From a virus (lineage: Duplodnaviria; Heunggongvirae; Uroviricota; Caudoviricetes), in the IMG/VR virus record IMGVR_UViG_2657245139_000006: a DNA stretch of 10,475 nucleotides. One strand, 5' to 3'. This document shows, piece by piece, positions 7,049 through 10,475 of this stretch; the first letter of the stretch is position 1; the number at the start of each line of letters is the position of its first letter. The position numbers and the translations under genes were made by a program. The notes under the pieces are model-generated. The model did not search any database. It was not told the origin of the DNA and saw only the letters and a program-made list of their open reading frames with translations.

Positions 7049-8314
7049 TTATTTTTTTATTAAATCAAGAGTTAACCATGGAGGGAGCACTGTAAATGAG
7101 ACGGCTTCTCCATGTTTTGCTTTATTTATTAATTCTGCTCCTTGAGACCAGTTCATGTCAGGAAGAGGGGTTATAAAAAAGTTTAATTTTATCATTGCAA
7201 TAAGGATGACTGAAACATAGATTTTAAAGAATATTTTTAAGGTTTTATTCTTTATGCATTGAAACAAACAAACGCATATTAATGAAAAAATTGCAATATG
7301 AATATTTACAAAATACCTTGACCCGTTTCCGGTTGCAAGTGTTGGCAGTTGAGGAACAGAATCTGCCAGTTGAGGTTTTGCCATAGAAAATGCGACAATA
7401 AGTATTGGAAGGGTGGCAAACACTTTCATTTGCCAATTTCCTTTAATATAAATGAAAACACATAATGTAATTACTAAAGTTGATAGTGTGTACGATAAAA
7501 GGTGATTATCCCATCCAGCATTAGCGATATTCCAAGGGACAAATGAAAAAAGAAATACATTAGATGATATTATAGATGACATAACATCAAAACTGAATCC
7601 TAATGGAGCATGTGATCTTGTTCCATTAAATGTAAGAATTATTGATGTTGCCTGTATCAGCCCACACAAGATCATTGCCAAATATGGCAGTCGAGTATAA
7701 AATAAGTATAAACCTCTTATGCTTATTACTCCTTTTGATAAGTGTAAATATTTAAAAACAGATGATGCAATTATGAATATAATAAATGGACCGCTCAATC
7801 CAGATAATACTATAAAAAATAAATCATGTGCTTTCCATAATTTTGACTTGGATTCTTCAGATATTATTATCATTGCAACATACAATGATAAATACCAGTG
7901 AGCATTTGTTATATTGGCTTGGACTTCATCAAGCCCGGGCATGCAAATTAAATATACAGAGATGAAGATTTTTGATGTGGTGCTTAGGAATTTAAATCTA
8001 TCGGTAAATAAGAACCATATAATTATAGCTCTAATTATTATTCCAAAAAAGTTTGATAATAATGGTGCGTAAATTGGATTAATAAATGTCGTCGCACCAA
8101 CAATGAGTGTTGATACTGTTTGAAAATAACCATTTCTTGGGGTTATGAGTGAACTGAAAAAACCTTGTTCGTATGCATCTTTATACCAAAAAACTGCATC
8201 CTCAGCCCAAAACTGGGCATTTGTCAAAATGTCAATGCGCCTAAGCCAAATCAAAGTAAATGCAAGTATAAAAATTGATATCTTGTGCCAATTGCGCATT
8301 ATGAATATCTTCAT
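7049..8314 (-). CDS. gtrC: serotype-specific O-antigen glucosyltransferase, GtrC-type polytopic membrane protein
   Basis: 421-aa highly hydrophobic protein with many predicted TM segments (IFILAFTLIWL, LIVGATTFINPIYAPLL, IIRAIIIWFLF, FIIFIIASSVF, and others). Very AT-rich (roughly 30% GC by eye). Lies immediately downstream of gtrA-gtrB on the same strand, the canonical position of the variable type-specific transferase in gtrABC clusters. Confidence 0.7.
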   Translation of the reverse strand: MKIFIMRNWHKISIFILAFTLIWLRRIDILTNAQFWAEDAVFWYKDAYEQGFFSSLITPRNGYFQTVSTLIVGATTFINPIYAPLLSNFFGIIIRAIIIWFLFTDRFKFLSTTSKIFISVYLICMPGLDEVQANITNAHWYLSLYVAMIIISEESKSKLWKAHDLFFIVLSGLSGPFIIFIIASSVFKYLHLSKGVISIRGLYLFYTRLPYLAMILCGLIQATSIILTFNGTRSHAPLGFSFDVMSSIISSNVFLFSFVPWNIANAGWDNHLLSYTLSTLVITLCVFIYIKGNWQMKVFATLPILIVAFSMAKPQLADSVPQLPTLATGNGSRYFVNIHIAIFSLICVCLFQCIKNKTLKIFFKIYVSVILIAMIKLNFFITPLPDMNWSQGAELINKAKHGEAVSFTVLPPWLTLDLIKK

Positions 8315-8326
8315 AAGATCATCCTG

Positions 8327-9244
8327 TTATTTTCTGCTTTTAATTAAGTACCGTGGTCTTGATTTTGTTTCTAAATAAATTCTACCTATATATTCACCGA
8401 GAACACCAATCCCGATCAGTTGCACTCCACCCAGGAAAAGTATTGATACAAGCATGGAGGGATACCCGCGTACTGGGTTACCAAAGACAATGGTGTCTAT
8501 AATCATCCATGCACCATATAAAAATGAAATGCTTGCAACAAACAAGCCTATATAAGTCCATACGCGAAGAGGAAAGGTTGAAAAACTTGTGATACCTTCC
8601 AGTGCCAGATTCCATAATTTCCAGCCATTAAATTTTGAGATGCCAGCAACACGCTCTGTGCGTACATATTCAACGACATCTGTCTGACCACCAACCCAGC
8701 TCAGTATGCCTTTCATGAAAAGATTGCGCTCAGGCAATAGTTTAATGTTCTCCACAACCTCACGAGACATGAGTCGAAAATCTCCGACATTTTCCTCTAT
8801 TTTTGGGGTGCTTATTTTGTTGTGTAATTTATAGAACCACTCAGCTGTCTTACGTTTCAGCCGTCCATCAGTTGAGCGGTCTGAACGTTTAGCAAGCACC
8901 ATGTCAGCACCTGCCTGCCACTTTTCAATAAGATGAGGAATAACCTCAATCGGGTCTTGCAGGTCAACATCAATTGGAATCACGGCATCGCCGGTTGTAT
9001 GGTCTAACCCTGCAAACAATGCTGGTTCTTTACCAAAGTTGCGTGTAAATGACAGCGGAACAACTAGCGGATCAGAAACAGCCAGAGCGTTAATGATTGA
9101 CTCCGTAGCGTCTTTGCTTCCGTCATTTATGAAAACAATTTCTACTTCATATGGCTTCAACTCTTCGAATTCACGTACCGTTTTATAAAAAATTGGTATC
9201 GCTTCTTCTTCATTGAAGACAGGAACGACAAGAGATATCTTCAT
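8327..9244 (-). CDS. gtrB: bactoprenol glucosyltransferase GtrB (GT2 family)
   Basis: N-terminal GT2 signature ([20 protein letters not shown]...[11 protein letters not shown]...[10 protein letters not shown]) and two C-terminal TM helices ([44 protein letters not shown]), typical of GtrB/ArnC-like bactoprenol-linked sugar transferases. Start codon overlaps the gtrA stop (ATGA, 9241-9244). Confidence 0.9.
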   Translation of the reverse strand: MKISLVVPVFNEEEAIPIFYKTVREFEELKPYEVEIVFINDGSKDATESIINALAVSDPLVVPLSFTRNFGKEPALFAGLDHTTGDAVIPIDVDLQDPIEVIPHLIEKWQAGADMVLAKRSDRSTDGRLKRKTAEWFYKLHNKISTPKIEENVGDFRLMSREVVENIKLLPERNLFMKGILSWVGGQTDVVEYVRTERVAGISKFNGWKLWNLALEGITSFSTFPLRVWTYIGLFVASISFLYGAWMIIDTIVFGNPVRGYPSMLVSILFLGGVQLIGIGVLGEYIGRIYLETKSRPRYLIKSRK

Positions 9245-9603
9245 TTCGCATCCCTAAAGACAATGAACTTTGAATAGACGAAACCGCACACCAAGCTGAT
9301 GGCGGAGAAGGTAACAAGAGTGACAATTGGAGGAAGTGAACATCTATCAGCAACCCATCCAACAGTAGCACTCAGTGTTCCCATGAACCCGACATATAAC
9401 ATGTAGCGCATCGTTGTAGTTGATGCTTTGAATGTGAATTTTGCATTCGCAAAGAAGCTAAAACTCACAGCCACAACGAAACCTGCGAAGTTTGCCATAG
9501 CCTGATTGGTATGCGCGGCATAGATACATACACCAAAAACCACCCAGTGTATAAGTGTGTTCAGCACGCCTATAGATGTGTACTTTGCAAATAGCTTTAA
9601 CAT
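9241..9603 (-). CDS. gtrA: GtrA bactoprenol-linked glucose translocase (flippase)
   Basis: 120-aa small membrane protein with four hydrophobic segments ([31 protein letters not shown]...[20 protein letters not shown]...[17 protein letters not shown]...[23 protein letters not shown]), the characteristic GtrA family size and layout; first gene of the gtrA-gtrB-gtrC operon. Confidence 0.9.
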   Translation of the reverse strand: MLKLFAKYTSIGVLNTLIHWVVFGVCIYAAHTNQAMANFAGFVVAVSFSFFANAKFTFKASTTTMRYMLYVGFMGTLSATVGWVADRCSLPPIVTLVTFSAISLVCGFVYSKFIVFRDAK

Positions 9604-9619
9604 TTCTTCTATCAGCTAA

Positions 9620-9770
9620 TAATCAAAGGCATGAAGTCTATCATCCAAGTCTCAATCGATCGATACTTGCGGTAGTTGATGAGAAAAACTCTGGCACACA
9701 AATCTTTGCACTGGATTGCAAGGCTTTGTGCTCTTCTGTGAATGTGTGGCTATATGTTTGAAGATCGTTG
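9620..9770. promoter_or_regulatory. gtr operon upstream regulatory region with two Dam (GATC) sites
   Basis: Non-coding region upstream of gtrA. GATC at 9658-9661 sits inside a perfect 10-bp palindrome ATCGATCGAT (9655-9664); a second GATC is at 9763-9766. A regulatory role is inferred by analogy with Dam/OxyR-controlled gtr promoters, not demonstrated. Confidence 0.3.
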
Positions 9771-9892
9771 TGCCGTATTTGTGACATATATATGGCAACA
9801 TCATTCATCAACTTTCTGTTTGTGCCATCAACTATATCTTAGTGAATGCGGTTAATGCTTGCTAAAACAGATAGTTATGATTGGTGCTACAG

Positions 9893-9938
9893 ATTCGTAA
9901 TGCGAAGGTCGTAGGTTCGACTCCTATTATCGGCACCA
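9893..9938 (+). other. attP core: 3'-terminal 46 nt of tRNA-Thr (anticodon loop to CCA end), not a complete tRNA gene
   Basis: ATTCGTAATGCGAAGGTCGTAGGTTCGACTCCTATTATCGGCACCA matches the anticodon loop (CGT anticodon), variable loop, T-arm (GGTTCGACTCC) and acceptor 3' strand with CCA of enterobacterial tRNA-Thr (thrW), the known P22-family attachment target. The upstream sequence does not form the D-arm or 5' acceptor strand. It ends 14 bp from the integrase stop codon. Confidence 0.8.
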
Positions 9939-9952
9939 TTTAAATCAATAAG

Positions 9953-10475
9953 TTACACATCATTAGTACCTTCCTTATTTCTTGACTGGGACAAATTTGG
10001 GACCGATGGGTTCAGAATCAAGTCTATTTGCCGTGCGTGTTCGGTAAGGTGATTAGGTGCGAGGTGAGCATATCGACGAACCATTTCGATAGACTCCCAG
10101 CCTCCCATTTCCTGTAACACTGATAACGGGACTCCGGCTTGAACCAGCCAACTTGCCCAGGTGTGTCTCAAGTCGTGAAATCTGAAATCATCAATACCAG
10201 CCCGTCTCAGCGCCGCTTTCCAGGCTGTGTTTGCGTCATACCGCATCTTCCTTACTGTTGGCGCTTTCGTTCCGTCTGGTTTGGTACAGCTTTCCTTGTA
10301 CACAAATACCCAACGGTGATGATTTCCGATTTGTTTTTTCAATACGCGACATGCAGTATCATTCAGCGCAACGCCAATTGCGCGGTTTGATTTACTCTCT
10401 TTGAGGTGTACTGGCAATAGCGGACACTACCATTTGTTCTTTTTTAAGCAGCCATCTGATGATATTTTTCCCTGA
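9953..10475 (-). CDS. int: tyrosine integrase (P22 Int-like), C-terminal catalytic domain; 5' part runs off the window and the frame is broken
   Basis: Catalytic-domain motifs [18 protein letters not shown] (H-x-x-R) and [13 protein letters not shown] (catalytic Tyr); stop TAA at 9953-9955. The open frame has no ATG: it begins at a TTG (10415-10417) with an in-frame TAG three codons upstream (10427-10429), while a different frame is open from the window edge 10475 to a stop at 10392-10394. Confidence 0.8.

Noticed and set aside
5314-8378. Other short ORFs overlapping the tailspike and gtrC genes (5314..5532, 6076..6324, 6633..6842, 6954..7145, 7245..7436, 7719..7901, 8145..8378)
   Set aside because: Shadow ORFs in AT-rich or antisense sequence of supported genes; no independent evidence.
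9576-9761. ORF 9576..9761(+) in the gtr promoter / attP arm
   Set aside because: Lies in a region expected to be regulatory, overlaps the gtrA start on the opposite strand, and has no RBS or motif; most likely non-coding.
9850-9938. A complete tRNA-Thr gene
   Set aside because: Only the 3' 46 nt (anticodon loop to CCA end) match tRNA-Thr; the upstream sequence cannot form the D-arm or the 5' acceptor strand. This is the attP core, not a functional tRNA.
10139-10390. ORF 10139..10390(+) antisense to the integrase
   Set aside because: Antisense shadow ORF inside the integrase catalytic-domain coding region.
1-10475. CRISPR arrays, IS elements or integrons
   Set aside because: No regularly spaced direct repeats, no transposase-like ORF and no terminal inverted repeats were seen; the only recombinase is the phage tyrosine integrase at attP.

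Overview
The window reads as the right arm of a P22-like temperate podovirus of Enterobacteriaceae, in phage (attP) rather than integrated arrangement. In order: (1) three consecutive + strand genes whose order and sizes fit the DNA-ejection proteins gp7/gp20/gp16 of P22, the middle one interrupted by a 163-N assembly gap; (2) a degenerate immI-like region with an Mnt-like ribbon-helix-helix repressor and an AT-rich HNH-AP2 homing endonuclease, both on the - strand, with no arc/ant; (3) a tailspike gene with a P22-type head-binding N-terminus, split into two frames at a G8 homopolymer; (4) a convergent gtrC-gtrB-gtrA O-antigen glucosylation (serotype-conversion) operon, gtrC being very AT-rich; (5) an attP core made of the last 46 nt of tRNA-Thr; (6) the 3' part of a tyrosine integrase gene, which shows a frame break near the window edge. 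The most interesting points are the two broken genes (tailspike, integrase), the HNH/Mnt-like pair occupying the immI hotspot, and the paired tailspike and gtrC specificity module. I see no CRISPR array, no complete RNA gene and no recognisable multi-gene defence system. Family assignments rest on motifs read by eye and on recalled P22 sequences, not on searches.
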